Shown: positions 1 through 12,914, numbered from the whole stretch's first letter. The stretch is 62,966 nucleotides of DNA, filler included, from Intoshia linei (GCA_001642005.1; 7 parts of 7 records of this genome joined end to end with filler, not necessarily neighbours in it), one strand, 5' to 3'. The notes: generated by a model from the sequence alone, not told the origin. Numbers and translations: made by a program.

Positions 1-797
1 TTTATTATTAACTTTTCTTTGGAGTTATTTTCAAAACGAGTTTGCATTGTATAATAATACATATATTAATATTATACAGTGTAATTATAATTATTTTAAA
101 TAATTTTTACATGTTATCAATTTTAATAATAGTGTAATAATAAAATTTATAATTTTGTAATTTCACATTGAAATTATTTAATTAATTATGGTTATTAACG
201 CGTTTTCTTTATCTATCCAAATTTATGGTTATTGAACTAATTTTATTTTTATATTTTTATTTCACTGATTAAAGAATTTTATTAAAAATATTTTAATATT
301 TACATACAAAGTAATTACTATTTCATTAACTAACGCTATATCACAGTACAATTTCAGGTAACTTAATATTTTTTTTGTGTATTGTATTTTTGAATAGATT
401 TAGGTTACTATTGAATCTTAATTAGATTAAAACTTGTAAAATTTTGGGTGGAGTCAATGTGTAATACACATTAGGTATTTATTTAATCATATTTGCATAT
501 ATGTAACATACAGTGTTTGTAATACCATCAGTGTAAAAAATGGAGATACATATTCACTTATTACATTATCGATAAGAAAGTTTTGTATATGCGTTAAATT
601 AAACTTGAACTGTAATATAAGGATATACTAGTGTAGAAAGTGTTGATGCCAATTTAAAAACATTAAAGGCTAAATATAAGCTTATATAATAAGTATATTT
701 CATGCTCGAATTGTGTATTTTCATTATTGATTATAATCAATATGATATATTATAATTATAATATATCACATTAAATTGTTTCATTTTAAAATTTGCA

Positions 798-1037
798 ATG
801 TTTATTAAAAGTATTTTGGTATTAACCGTGATATGCACAGTTTTATTTGTTACAAATGCTGCTGTGCCTAAATTTGAAGATTTCTTGAGTATCTATGACA
901 TGTCTCCGTTGGATCAATGCATAGTACAATGTTTGAAGGCACCCGTTAAGGTATTATCTCGGAGGTTCATGAAAATATGCCTTCGAAGACTCCAAAATTT
1001 ATTTAATAATGACGTTTATTTTAGTACCGTTGTGTAA
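798..1037 (+). CDS. Short putative secreted peptide (79 aa), orphan
   Basis: Intronless ORF, ATG in AT-rich context. Signal-peptide-like N-terminus (MFIKSILVLTVICTVLFVTNA), CxxxC motif plus a third Cys, two RR dibasic sites. No family recognised. Confidence 0.5.
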   Translation: MFIKSILVLTVICTVLFVTNAAVPKFEDFLSIYDMSPLDQCIVQCLKAPVKVLSRRFMKICLRRLQNLFNNDVYFSTVV

Positions 1038-2164
1038 ATCAGTGTTTAAAAGAATACTAATTTAGTTACTTTCTAAATGTTACTGTAGTAGTTATAATAT
1101 CTATTGTTTAGTTGTTTGTGTTGATGTTTATATTTAATTAAAATGTTGAATTTAAATCAATGATCTTTCATATATTGGTTATGCGTTAAAAATACATTTT
1201 TTTGGCCTCTTTCTTGAAACCCAAGTTTAAAAAGTTTTATTGATGTCATCAAATTTAAAATACTGTATGATTCGTTAATAAGAGTTTTTAATAATTCATT
1301 AAATTTATAAATTATTTAAAATTGAAAATTTATCCTGATGTTATTATATTTAATGATTTTGTTTATATTCAATAGGATTTTTATATTTTATTGACTTTTT
1401 TTGCATGCATTACAAGTTATTTTATTTTTTTAAATTTTTCTTTTTTCTTCGTAGAAACATTGTTGAATATTCATTATTTATATTTACTTGAATTTATCTT
1501 ATTTTATTATTATTATTATATAATTTGAATTATAAATTATAGGTTATTTGTAATTTACTTTTGTAATTTTTATGAGTATCGATAAAATATATTTGCTCAT
1601 TAATTACATTAATTAGTGGGTGTTAAAATTTTGGTCGGATTGTATTGATTTTTCGTTGTAATAGATTTAAAAAAGACATTATTAATAAGTACAAATACAT
1701 CATATATCGATTTTTTTTTTCTGGAATAATTTTCTCTTATGCAATTAATAATACAATATAACTTGTTTTATATATTAAAACTAGCTTGACTGTTGTGTAC
1801 TACGTACAAACAGCACCTAGCTCTGCCGAGGGCACATTTTTATAAAAAAATAAATTCATGTTGAAAATCTAACTTAAAAATCCTACTTTCACTAATATCA
1901 ATCTTTTAAAGGAGTGATTTCCAAATTTGTTTCAGGTGGAACCATCATATCACATTAGTTTTTACTTTAAAGTAAATTATTCCATCTTAATTTTTTGTTT
2001 GTTAACATTTGCGTAAAGAATTTTAAAAACAATTTTTTATCCCATTTTTTTAATTTATTAGACGAATGTGTCTATAATATTAAAAATAAAGTAAAAACAG
2101 TACAATCCTAAAAATTGTCATAAATAGCATAAATATTAGAAAAAATAAATGTATAAAATATAAT

Positions 2165-3029
2165 ATTAAAACCAGTATTATGTAATACGTTCAACGAACT
2201 TTGGCAAGTGGATATTATGGGACCACTTCCTGTATCTAATAATGGAAATAAATACGTAATAAATATGATAGATCACTACTCTAGTCTATTGGAAAGCGTA
2301 GCAGTTCCAGATATTATCGCTGAAACATTTATTACTGCCTTGTATAAATTGATAATTTTAAAATATGGCCCTCCTTCCGAGATTCATACAGATATGGGAA
2401 AACAGTTCGAGTGTTCCTTAGTTAATGAATTATGTGACACACTGGGTATAACAAAATCTAATTCACGTCCGTATCAACACAACGAAAATGGAAAAGTTGA
2501 ACGCGCGAACAGGACCCTCATGGAAAAACTCAGAATATTGTGTAAACCAGAATTCACCGACTGGGATGAAAAAATTGACGAGATTGTTTATGCATTTCGA
2601 GCACTTATGTTTTCTAGGACTGGCATATCACTCTTAAAACTCGTATTTGGTATGAAAAATGACGATAATATGGAAAAGATCAATAATTATACAAAGAAAT
2701 ATCTGAAAAATAATTTTGACAAAAAAGTACAGAAATCTCATTCTAACCATAATGACATTTATGTTCCAAATTTACCTATAAAATCAAAAAACCAAAAACC
2801 TTATAAACAAAGAGATCAACGAAATTGTAATCCGCCTAAAGATTTAGACGATTACGATTTAATGTCAACTAATCATATTCACCAGCATAGCATTAAAAAT
2901 TCATATGAATATATGATTTATAGTTCGCCAGATTACATATCATCTTTAATGAAATATCAGGAGGAGCTACGACTCGGAGATAATGCTGATCCTCACATAC
3001 ATCGTGTATTTGTCATTATGAAAATTTGA
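2165..3029 (+). pseudogene. Ty3/gypsy-type integrase (rve) fragment, 5'-truncated
   Basis: LKPVLCNTFNELWQVDIMGP...IDHYS...IHTDMGKQF...ENGKVERANRTL is the DDE integrase core. No RT or RNase H upstream; C-terminus degenerate. Confidence 0.85.
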
Positions 3030-3170
3030 TTGATCGGTCTATAGTTGAAAGTAACCGATTACAGGAAATACCTGATTTTTGATAGACCCAATTCTTTATT
3101 TTCTTATTAATTAATATATCAATCCTCTTATTATTCTTATAAATTCTCAATACGCCGATAAAATACTTTT

Positions 3171-3324
3171 ACGGGGAAGGTGTAGTATCCTAACGATACT
3201 ATTAATATATTTATCGTCATTATCATTCTCCCTTATTATCAATCAAGACAACAAAATCTTATTAAAATATTTAATTATTTCAATTAAATCTTAATCCATA
3301 ACTATCTTGGCCAAGGTTATTACA
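3171..3324 (+). mobile_element. Polypurine tract and short 3' LTR (144 bp) of the gypsy element
   Basis: PPT ACGGGGAAGG (3171-3180) is directly followed by TGTAGTATCC...GGTTATTACA (3181-3324): TG...CA ends with an 8/10 terminal inverted match, downstream of the integrase. Confidence 0.7.
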
Positions 3325-3691
3325 ATATTAACAAAGTTTTGTTGATTGATAATGTACTTAGATCTATATATATTGATATTGATTATATTGTTACTGTTTC
3401 GTAGTTTAGTTTCTTATTTAAATTTGAATGTTTTAATAAAAATGTTTTGAAAATGAAAATTTGAAATTTAAAAATTGCGTAGCAATGAAAAAAATTCCAA
3501 AAGAATGAATTATGTATATTTTCACCCATATGTCTTTATTGGAAATGGATAGATGTACAATGTACATTTTTTTGAATTTGTAGGATCAATATTTACATTT
3601 TTTAATTTTAAACGAAATATTTGAAAATATTGGTTGATAATATATTAAAAATTATTTTTCACCGGTGATGCGTAGATTTCTGGAATTGAAA

Positions 3692-3800
3692 TTTTGTATT
3701 TATATTAACTGGAATAAGCTCTATCAGAATAATTTTTTTTAAAGGTTAAACTTTTGTATTTATATCAACTGGAATAAGCTCTATCAGAATAATTTTTTTT
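3692..3800 (+). repeat. Tandem duplication with 60-bp period inside the Helitron copy
   Basis: ttttgtatttatat(t/c)aactggaataagctctatcagaataattttttt occurs at 3692 and 3752. Confidence 0.8.
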
Positions 3801-4432
3801 TTTAAATTTCTGACCATTAATTATTTCATATTTTTTGTTTAAATAAAATATTTCGGAAAAAAAATATATGAATACTAAAATGCTTTTTTGACCGTGAAAT
3901 CGTCACTTATCAGATTGAAATTTTTATGTGTGTTAACAGAATACAATTGTACCACCTGTAAATTATTTGAAATTTTAAGGCTGTTTTCATTAAAAAAAGA
4001 AGGGTAATTTGTGGTTTTGGCCCTGAATATATTTTTTTTAAATTTAAATTCATGTAATGTTTATGATTTTAAAATCCGCATCAGCGTATATATTTTTTAA
4101 ATTCTGCAACTCGTTTGATTTTCAAAAAGAGAGACAACAGGGGTTTTTGACCCATAAGATGTGAAATTAGGAGGTTGAAATTTATCTTATTATACGTCCA
4201 GGAAAAAACTGTATTTGAAATGTGGTCTTTAAAAAATTCTAAGAGTGGTAGTTATTTCATTAAAGTCACATATACACACAAAAAAATCATATAGCCTTTT
4301 ATATAAGTTAGGATAGTTACATCGCCCTGAATTGATTGGCGTATTATGACCTAAACTGATTAAATTTCTGATAGGATTTTTTATGTGTATAAATAAGTGA
4401 ACTATTATTATTTTAATTTTATATAATTTTAG

Positions 4433-7400
4433 TGAAGAAATGTTTACAAAATAACCAAATATTGAAATCCAGCTTTGATCGGGTAAAATTAAAAAATATT
4501 TTTTTTAAAATTTATTCAGGCAGCCAGGAAATTTTTAAATAAAAATGCTATAACAGAGTATCAATTGGATCATAGTAAATACGATCCCAACAAATCTTCT
4601 GAATATTTGTCTAGATATATTGATATAATACTCCAGCAATCGTAATTTAAATAAATTATAAATTTCTAAATTGTTTTAGTAATAAAGTAAAGACTGGTGT
4701 TATTACAGAAGAAGATATAGACCCCATTGTAAATTTTATTTGTCTAAAATCTTAATGATGGCTTTAATGTGTTGATATTAAATTAAAAGTTTATCGTTGA
4801 TACGTTTAGATGCCAAATTTGAATTTTCAATGGAATATATTTGTTTAATGTTATTTATTTTAGATGATTGTGTTTAAATTTTTGGAATCTCGAGACGTTT
4901 TTCAAGAGTACATTTGCCGAAGTTTATCAAAAAGGTTATGTCGATCTGAATTAATTCTTGATGATGGAGAGCTCTTATTTATTCAGAAATTGAAGGTAGT
5001 AAAATGTGTATAATATATTAATGTATTAGGAAGTGTGTGGTGCTGAGTATACCAATAAGTTGAAACAATTATTTGAAGATTGGAAAACGAGCAAATCATA
5101 TACACAGGGAAAATTTAAGGAATATATGCAGAGTCAAAAATCTTCTGGACGTATGTTTTGGTGAGGTGTTGATTAATCTTTTTTAGCTGAAATGAATATT
5201 AATGTGTTTCGGTCTTCTATTTGGCCTTATGCTACTAATAATGTTTTAATTGCTCCGAATGAGGTTTATATAAAATTTTTGTTTTATTCATTTATCTCTA
5301 ATAGATGAAACCCTATATCCGTCATTTCGAAAAGTTTTATTCCGACATGTATACTAACAGAAAACTCAATTGGATAAATAGTCACGGTCGAGCTGAAATT
5401 GTGACTCATGGTTTTTCGAAACAATTTGTGTTTGTTGTAATTTTTAATATTTAATGATTTTTTTGTTTAATTGTTTTTTTAGGTTTCTTCAATTGAAGCT
5501 ACAGTTTTGCTATTATTTAATAATGCAGAATTATATACTTTTCAACGTATTAAGAAGAAAGTTCCTGTGCCAGAGGTTTTTAGATAAAATTTTTAATTTA
5601 ATTTTTTAAATTTTAGGCTACGTTGGCACAAATTATGCACATTTTTGTTATGTCCCGGCTTGTAGTTCAAATACCTGCGTCTACCGGATCCCGAACAGAA
5701 CAAATTGAGTCTATTAATGATGCTACCGTTTTTAAAATTTATAATGATTATAACAAGTAATTTTTTACGTAGGTCCATTCAAAAGTTTACTAAATTTACA
5801 TTATTAACTTTTTGATACCTGAGACACAACTTAAATTTGAAATCTCAACCTTGCAGGAAAAGATTAATTGCATAAACGCTGAAAATATTAGAAAACAAAC
5901 AATACTTTGTTTAAATAACTTGAATTATCAAGAAATTTTTTTAACAAAGACCCGAACTTTAAATTTTTTAATCTCCTATAAACGGTAGGAACAACAATTG
6001 AAATGTAAGCGCTTCAAAACTGATTAATATCTAGAAAAAATTATATTAACTGGCTATCGTGAAATAGGGTTACCAACATTAAGTTATCATCAACCCGAAT
6101 TTTTGGCTGAAGCGTGTTATTTTTTTTGTTATTTAAAAAATTTTTTGACGGCCTATTTTACTTTGGGGTTTCTTTTTTTAAAAATAATAATAGTTTACAC
6201 AATTTTTATTGCAAATTTCATAATGAATACTTTAAATTTTTCATAACAAATAGCAAATAGCACATTTCAAAATGACTTCATGATGAATACTTTAAAGAAA
6301 AAAACAAATGACACAACCCAAAAGACAAGATCAAAATCAATTGAATTTTGTGTGTAATTCGCTTATTCATCCAATATAAATAAAATATGTCTGATCTGAT
6401 AATTTTGATTGAAATATTTGAATTACCCTGAGAAATATCACTTAACCCTGAGCCCTGAGTTAAATTTGAAAACCTGAAGTCTCAGGTGAAAATAACGCAG
6501 TTGGAAACCCTATCGTGAAAAGATCCTTTATACATTCAATTGTATATCTTTATGGTGAAATTAAAAAAAAAGTTTGAAATTTACATAGCTCAGTTTCTAA
6601 AAAGGTCCACCTTTTGAAAAAGTGACTTGTGATCTGTCACTACTGTATATTAGGGACCTCTAGTTGATTGAACCGTTTTTAGTGTAGTCAATGAGTATTA
6701 CTCATAGTCATGTCAATAATAAACCTTAATTGTTTATTTTTTTACAGTATTCACAATTAATTCAAAATTTATATCATAGATCAGCATTGCTGATTCAGCA
6801 ACTATTAAATTAAATTTGTAATTTCAGGTTATCATCCTCGGTTATATTACAATATTACAATTGTAGTTTTGATTTATTAAACTTATATCAGATAACAATC
6901 ATGTAATTATTTAGTAAAAAATTGAGAATAAATTTAAATGTGCCAATAAAAAATGAACTTAAAACCGATAATAATAACATTAACCGTCATATTGATGAAG
7001 ATAGAAAAACGCTTTTACAGGTAAAAAGATTTTAATTTGTTTTTGTGGTTTTTTATCTAATACTCTATATTTAGGCCATTATTGTTAAATTTGTGAAAAC
7101 GAACAAAGTGTGCAGTCTAGCTGACATCGTCAATGAATCGAAAAGAGCTACTATCGGTCATTTTCAAATTACAGATTTTTATATTAAGGTATTTTTTTGA
7201 TATCTATCTATCGATTCAATCTGCTTTTTTATAATTAGTTTATTTTTAGTTTATTCATAATATTGTTCATTATTTAAATGTCAATATTATACGGGCTAAT
7301 TCCTCGTTAACGGAATAATTGGTCCAGAAAAAAATTTCATTCCGTCAACAAGCAATTTTTTTGGAAAAAATATTCTCGTTAACGAAATTTTTTATACATA

Positions 7401-8110
7401 ATCCCAAATTATCCCAAAGCCTAGACGACTGCTAGAGATTGACTTTTACCGATATTTTTTTGAAAAACACGATTTTACTAAATTTTATATTGAAAAACCT
7501 TTAATTTTTTTATCAATGTTTTATATTTCATGTTTCCCTTGGAGTCCGAAAAAATAAATATTTTAAAATGGTGGTCCATACACTATTTAAACATTAATTA
7601 ATAATTTGAACCGGGAACCACTGCATTAAAACAATGAAAAAATTTTGATTTTCATTCCACTTAACCTATATTTGCATTTTATTTCATATAATTAATAATC
7701 AACCATTCATCAAGAAAATTTATTTTTTTACGTATCTAAAGCTTATAATTTAAACCGAAAAATATTTAGCATAATTATGATACTAGTCATTTTAATTTAA
7801 AATTTAACGGAATTTTTGTACTTCAGAAAAATTCACAGTCCGTTAATCAGGAATTTTTATTCGTTAAATAGGAATTAGCCTTTATTATGATTTTCTTCAA
7901 TTTTCATTGTTGGCTATTTCAGAACTAATAATAGTTACTGTTGATGTTGACTGAACGTTCAACATCAGTACATTATTTAATTTAACATTAGTGTGAACAT
8001 TTTAAATCAAATGAAATTTAAATTTTTAGAAGGTAATTGATGGATTGGTAGATAAAGAATATTTAACGCGGGACGAACCTAATAAGGAAATATATCATTA
8101 TGTAGCATAA
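4433..8110 (+). CDS. CUL1: Cullin-1-like protein, C-terminal half (11 exons read by eye; 5' exons not found)
   Basis: Spliced peptides: AARKFLNKNAI...KSSEYLSRYID, MIVFKFLESRDVFQ..SLSKRL, EVCGAEYTNKLKQLFED, RKLNWINSHGRAEIV, KKLRINLNVPIKNE..IDEDRKTLLQ, AIIVKFVK, KVIDGLVDKEYLTRD..YHYVA*. These are collinear with the CUL1 cullin-homology and Nedd8 domains. GT-AG introns, for example 4483-4519 (37 nt). Confidence 0.85.
6065..6512. mobile_element. hAT-type MITE in a cullin intron
   Basis: TIRs TAGGGTTACCAAC / GTTGGAAACCCTA flanked by a perfect 8-bp TSD TCGTGAAA (6057-6064 and 6513-6520). Confidence 0.85.
7292..7882. mobile_element. Tc1/mariner-pogo type MITE in the last cullin intron
   Basis: About 20-bp imperfect TIRs (GGCTAATTCCTCGTTAACG vs CGTTAAATAGGAATTAGCC), TA-flanked. 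Related pieces at about 19905-20040, 37370-37420 and 39390-39630. Confidence 0.6.
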
Positions 8111-8690
8111 ATCAAAAATGTATACATTATTACATTTTAATTACTCACTTATTAGTGAATAAATTTGTTATTGTTTCATTCTTACTAATGACTCTTGTAA
8201 AAACTTTAAACAATTATTATAATGAAATAATAATGTATGTTAAATTATTTATTTTAATACATATAATATCAAGCTACCTGATTATTCAACAATAAGAAAA
8301 TTTTTGGAAAAATTTTTTTCTCTGATATCTAAATAAATATAATGTAGACTAAATTTGTCGATAAATTAAAATTAGTGATATTCAATAAATATTTATAGGG
8401 TACTGGGCTAATGATTTGAATATATAGGCTTTTATGTATACTTTATGTATTAAAAGTAAGTATCCACATGACCTAATAAGGTGAATAGAAACAATTGTAA
8501 AATGTAAACAAACTGAATTACGAATAGTTGAATAAAAGTAATTAATTTTTTACTCTACTGTAGATATTCGTAAATATTTTTTCAGTCTATTATACTGTAT
8601 TGATACATAAATAACAACTAAATTCTACTTCTTAATGCTAAATCGATTTTCTCAAACATTTTGATTTAAATTATAGGTGGCACAAATATT

Positions 8691-10970
8691 ATGAAAAAAC
8701 TTTGTATTTGTCAAATTTGTGAATGCGGGTATTGGCTAATATAATGGCACTATATTACATTTTTAGACGTCATAGGTGTCCACAACACCCTGAAACGTAC
8801 CAAAATCAAACGAGGGGAATTTGCAACATTACAGAGTACAATTCCGTGTATGACGGGAAATATGGTCCACCCAGATCTGGTTTCAAACCAATTACAAAAT
8901 TTGAATCTTCTAATCGCGCTATGGCAGACGAAACAACTCATCGGTTCATTAATAAAATTGAAATTTCATTTGTTTAGTTATGATTATGTTCCACATAAAG
9001 TCGAAAGACACCATGAAACACACAAAGAAATGTATAATCCTCCAAAAGGATTGCATAATCACGTTACTTCTTATTTAAAGGATTATACAAGTTTTTTATT
9101 AAATTTGTGTTAATTTCATTAATTTTAGAAAAGGCAATTTCACAGAATGCTCTTGTTAAACCTAAAAACAATCAAACTTTAGAACCTGGTAGATTTCAGG
9201 GACAACCGACATATACAGGTTAATATAGTATGCCATTATTTAAAAAATGTATAGATGATTACAGGAAATGGGATTTAGTAAAAACTATGTCAACCAAGAA
9301 AAACGAAAAATATGTACCTCCTAATATTCCTATCAACAATCTTACAAATTATAATTCTCATTATGTACCATTCAATAATATCGCTCAAACCAAAATGATT
9401 AAACCAACCCAAAGTTCAATGAAAATAGACGGACTGCCAATGGAATCATTGACCGGGTACAGAGAAGAGTACATCCGAAGAAGTCTTCCAGGAAAAATTT
9501 TAAAAAAGCACGTTAAATTTGAAGGGTGTAAGGAACCATTCGTTGGAATGACAAATTATGTCATGGATTATGCTCCCATTGGTATCACGGAAAAAATAAA
9601 ATCATGTAAACCAGTTGGAGAATATCATTGTAACAATGTCAAATTAGATGACAACACCACACATAAACTTGATTATAGGTTAAATTTGTCAATTTTATAT
9701 AAAATATTTTAGAAAATGGCCAATTGAAAAACGAATTCAGTGCCACAAAGTAGAAGCTTCGAATTTAAACCCTACTGGTGGGATAGATTGGACCACAACG
9801 TCAGGAAGGGATTTTGTACCGAAATCAATTAGCAAAAATCGACTAGTAAAAAATTCTAATAAAGGTACATTAGTTTCCACAAACTGTGCCAAATTTAGTG
9901 ATAGTACGTCTTACAACAATGATTATATTAAATGGGCTAATGACGAAAACAGAATTATAGCAGGTCCACACGATGTCTATGTGGTACCTACAATTCCATT
10001 TTCCAAAAATACTAGGTATCAGACTGATTTTGTACCCAAAAAAATAGAACTGACTGTGGGTTACAGTAGTAATAACAAAGCGACTGGGACGTTTAACCAA
10101 AACGAAAAATTTTCCAATTTAACGGGTTACAGAAACGATTATACTCCTCATAATTTACCTGAAAAATATATAATTCCTAAAGAAACTAGACACGACGGAA
10201 ATGTTGGAGTATTAGACGATTTAACGAATTATAAAAAAGATTTTGTTTCTAAATCAATCAATGTTAGAGAAAGCTATAAACCAAAAAATGTATATAACGA
10301 TAATTTGAGACAATTTGATGGTAGTACTACGCATAAACACGATTTTATTGCTTACAAAATAGAACCGAGGTCTCTAGGTTGTTCATTGCGAGAGAACCCT
10401 GAAGCCTTTGAATATGGTGATACTACTGCTGATATGAAAACTGTGAATCAAATAAATTTTACTCCTAAATATATTGAATCCATACAAAAAACTCAGAAAA
10501 AGGAAGATTCGAATGCTTTTACGTATCCTGGAAAATTTTCGTCTGATACTAATTATAATAATGATTATAGAAGATGGTCCAATATTGAAAAACCGGAACT
10601 TCATAAAGGTTCCGATAGAACTTACCACCCTCCTAAAGTTCCGTTTGAAGGTTCTTCTTATTATAAACAACAGTTTGTTCCACATGGTGTAGATAAAAGA
10701 ATTCTTTATGGACCTACTCAATCTCAAGTAATTAAACCAATTGGAGATTTCCAAGACGCTACAAATTATAGAAACGATTATAAACCTCATATTATTCGAA
10801 GATGTCCCACTTTAGATATTAATTGTAATTACAATTATATGCAAGGTCAAGACATGGGTGGTCATAAATATTATACTCCCAAGGAACCGACGCTAAATCA
10901 TTGCAAATGTGACCAAGTGGTTCAAGATTTGAAAAATGAAAGTAATCAATGTGTTGTACAACTGGCTTAA
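8691..10970 (+). CDS. SAXO: Stabilizer of axonemal microtubules (SAXO1/2, FAM154 family), about 699 aa, 6 exons
   Basis: N-terminus MKKLCICQICECGRHRCPQHP matches the SAXO Cys-rich motif; repeated Mn motifs T-x-Y/H-x-x-D-Y/F. Introns 8729-8766, 8944-8977, 9091-9128, 9219-9254 and 9679-9712 join all frames. Confidence 0.9.
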
Positions 10971-11495
10971 ATACTTTATCTGTCCATATGTTATTAAATA
11001 GATAATTATCTAAAAATCTGAATATTTTTTTAGTAAAAATTAAGATTTTTGGGTAAATAGAACTAATTTAATGATTCCTCATGATTCATGATATATTCAG
11101 AATTTATAATGTGCTCGCTTAAGAATTATATCAATCTACGCTTACCAAGTGTTGGTCTTTGAAAATTGATTTAAATTACAATTTAATTTGTATCAAGCGG
11201 CGATATCGCAGAATAGACTGTAGAGAGGCCACATCTAAAAGCATGAGGGTTTACTGTTTTAATTTAAAAAAATTTAATGATGACCAATGCGACTATTAAC
11301 TGTTGTTTTTAGACAATAAAAGTTCGATTAAACAATTGTGTTAAATTTGGTCTTTTTAAAATCTGTAAGTAAAAAATTCAAAACATAAAATTAATGTTGC
11401 TGGTTTTTGATGGAAATAGAAAATAAATTAGATTATTTACAATAAATAAATAACCGATGTTTAGAGAAACATAATGTCAGAATTTTATAAGAAAA

Positions 11496-11750
11496 CTAAC
11501 TTGACTTGTGTACTTGTACAAAAATCATCCTAGCTCTGCCGAGGGCGAGTTTTTTTAATTATACGAAAAAAAATATAAATTCAAATCTTGCTTAACAATA
11601 CTACACTCACTATTATCAATCACTTAAATGAGTGGTTCCTAAATTTGAATTTCATATTATTTCTTAAATTAAGAGTCTTAATTTATAGTGAATTATTTCA
11701 ACTTAATTTTTTTCGTTACCATCTGTAAATACTTTTAAAAACAATTTTGT
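11496..11750 (-). mobile_element. Helitron-like family, 3' end fragment
   Basis: ctaacttgacttgtgtac...cctagctctgccgagggc matches 1781-2040. Confidence 0.7.
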
Positions 11751-12169
11751 GATACCATCATGGGATTCCATGTATTTATTTTGTTAGATAGAATAAGTGT
11801 ATAATAGGGTGTGCACTTTTTTAAAGAAAAAAATGAATATTTACATGTGTAGGTGTATTTTTGTGTACTGATCACGAATATTCAAAAATTAATACGTTTA
11901 ATTGAAATTTTTAAAATGCATGATATCTATTATTTTAGAAATTTGAACGTAGTTTCTTAATTTTATATCATTATTATTACAGTCGATTCTCTATATTTAA
12001 AAATTTAATTTCGTTTAAAATTTAAACTTTAAATTGAACATTTTAATACATTATTTATTATAATTATAAAAAAAAATTTCAATTGACGGTAACCGAAAAT
12101 AATTACCGATATTGGAACACCCTGATTTATTTAATGCAATTTTTCAATGTATTGATTGAAAAACCTATC

Positions 12170-12914
12170 TAACTACCGTATCCTGTTAACACACAGTAAA
12201 TTTCAATCCGAATAAGTGACGACTTCACGGTCAAAAAAGCATTTTAGTATGCATATTATTTTTTTTCGAAATATTTTATTAAAACATAAAATGTGAAATA
12301 ATTAACGGTCCGAAAATTAAAAAAAAGATTATTCTGATAGATCTTATTCCAGTTGATATAAATACAAAAGTTCAACCCGAGAAATCTACGCATTCCCGAT
12401 GAAAAATAATTTTGGTAAAATTCGACTAAAATATGTTTATAAAGTGAAGATTCGGTTAATTATTGATACATAATTGGTACTTTTAAGTATTTATTAAATT
12501 AAAATTAATATCACATTGAAAATGACAAAATAGGTTTTTATAATTTTATTTTTTCTGGAATTTATGCTATTTTGAACAATTTTTAGGATTGTATTGTTTT
12601 TACTTTTATTAGTAATATTATACACACATTTTGTCTAATAAATTAAAAAAATGGGATATCAATTGTTTTTAAAATTAAAATTCATAACAAACAAAAAATT
12701 AAGATAGAATAATTCACTTTAAAGTAAAAAATAATTTGATATGATGGTTTCACCTAAAACAAGTTTGGGAACCACTCCTTTAAAGGATTGATAGTAGTGA
12801 ATAGTAGGATTTTTAAGTTAGATTTTCAACATGAATTTATTTTTTGGTATAATAAGAATGTGCCCTCGGCAGAACTAGGTACTGTTTGTACGTAGTACAT
12901 AGCAGTCAACCTAG
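12170..12914 (+). mobile_element. Helitron-like family, middle plus intact 3' end
   Basis: Ends gtgccctcggcagaactaggtactgtttgtacgtagtacatagcagtcaacCTAG|T. Body is the reverse complement of parts of 1781-4313. Confidence 0.75.

Larger units (their letters stand above)
1781..4313 (-). mobile_element. Non-autonomous Helitron-like element (both ends present), interrupted by an LTR-retrotransposon fragment
   Basis: On the minus strand the 5' end is A|TCCTAACTTATAT at 4313. The 3' end is hairpin CTGTTTGTAC-GTA-GTACACAACAG followed by TCAAGCTAG|T at 1781. No TIR or TSD. Body homologous to about 10 other segments in the window. Confidence 0.7.

Noticed and set aside
340-600. Splice-like signals upstream of the short ORF
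   Set aside because: The first candidate exon has stops in all frames; could be UTR exons but this cannot be supported.
1445-1495. FVETLLNIHYLY resembling the missing CUL1 segment YVQTVLDVHKKY
   Set aside because: No usable donor nearby and low-complexity AT-rich context. Could be chance or a decayed exon; RNA-seq would decide.
8500-8515. FOX-type GTAAACAAA upstream of SAXO (and TGTTTGT upstream of ODAD1)
   Set aside because: Fits FOXJ1 control of cilia genes, but such short motifs are expected by chance at this AT content; no clear X-box seen.
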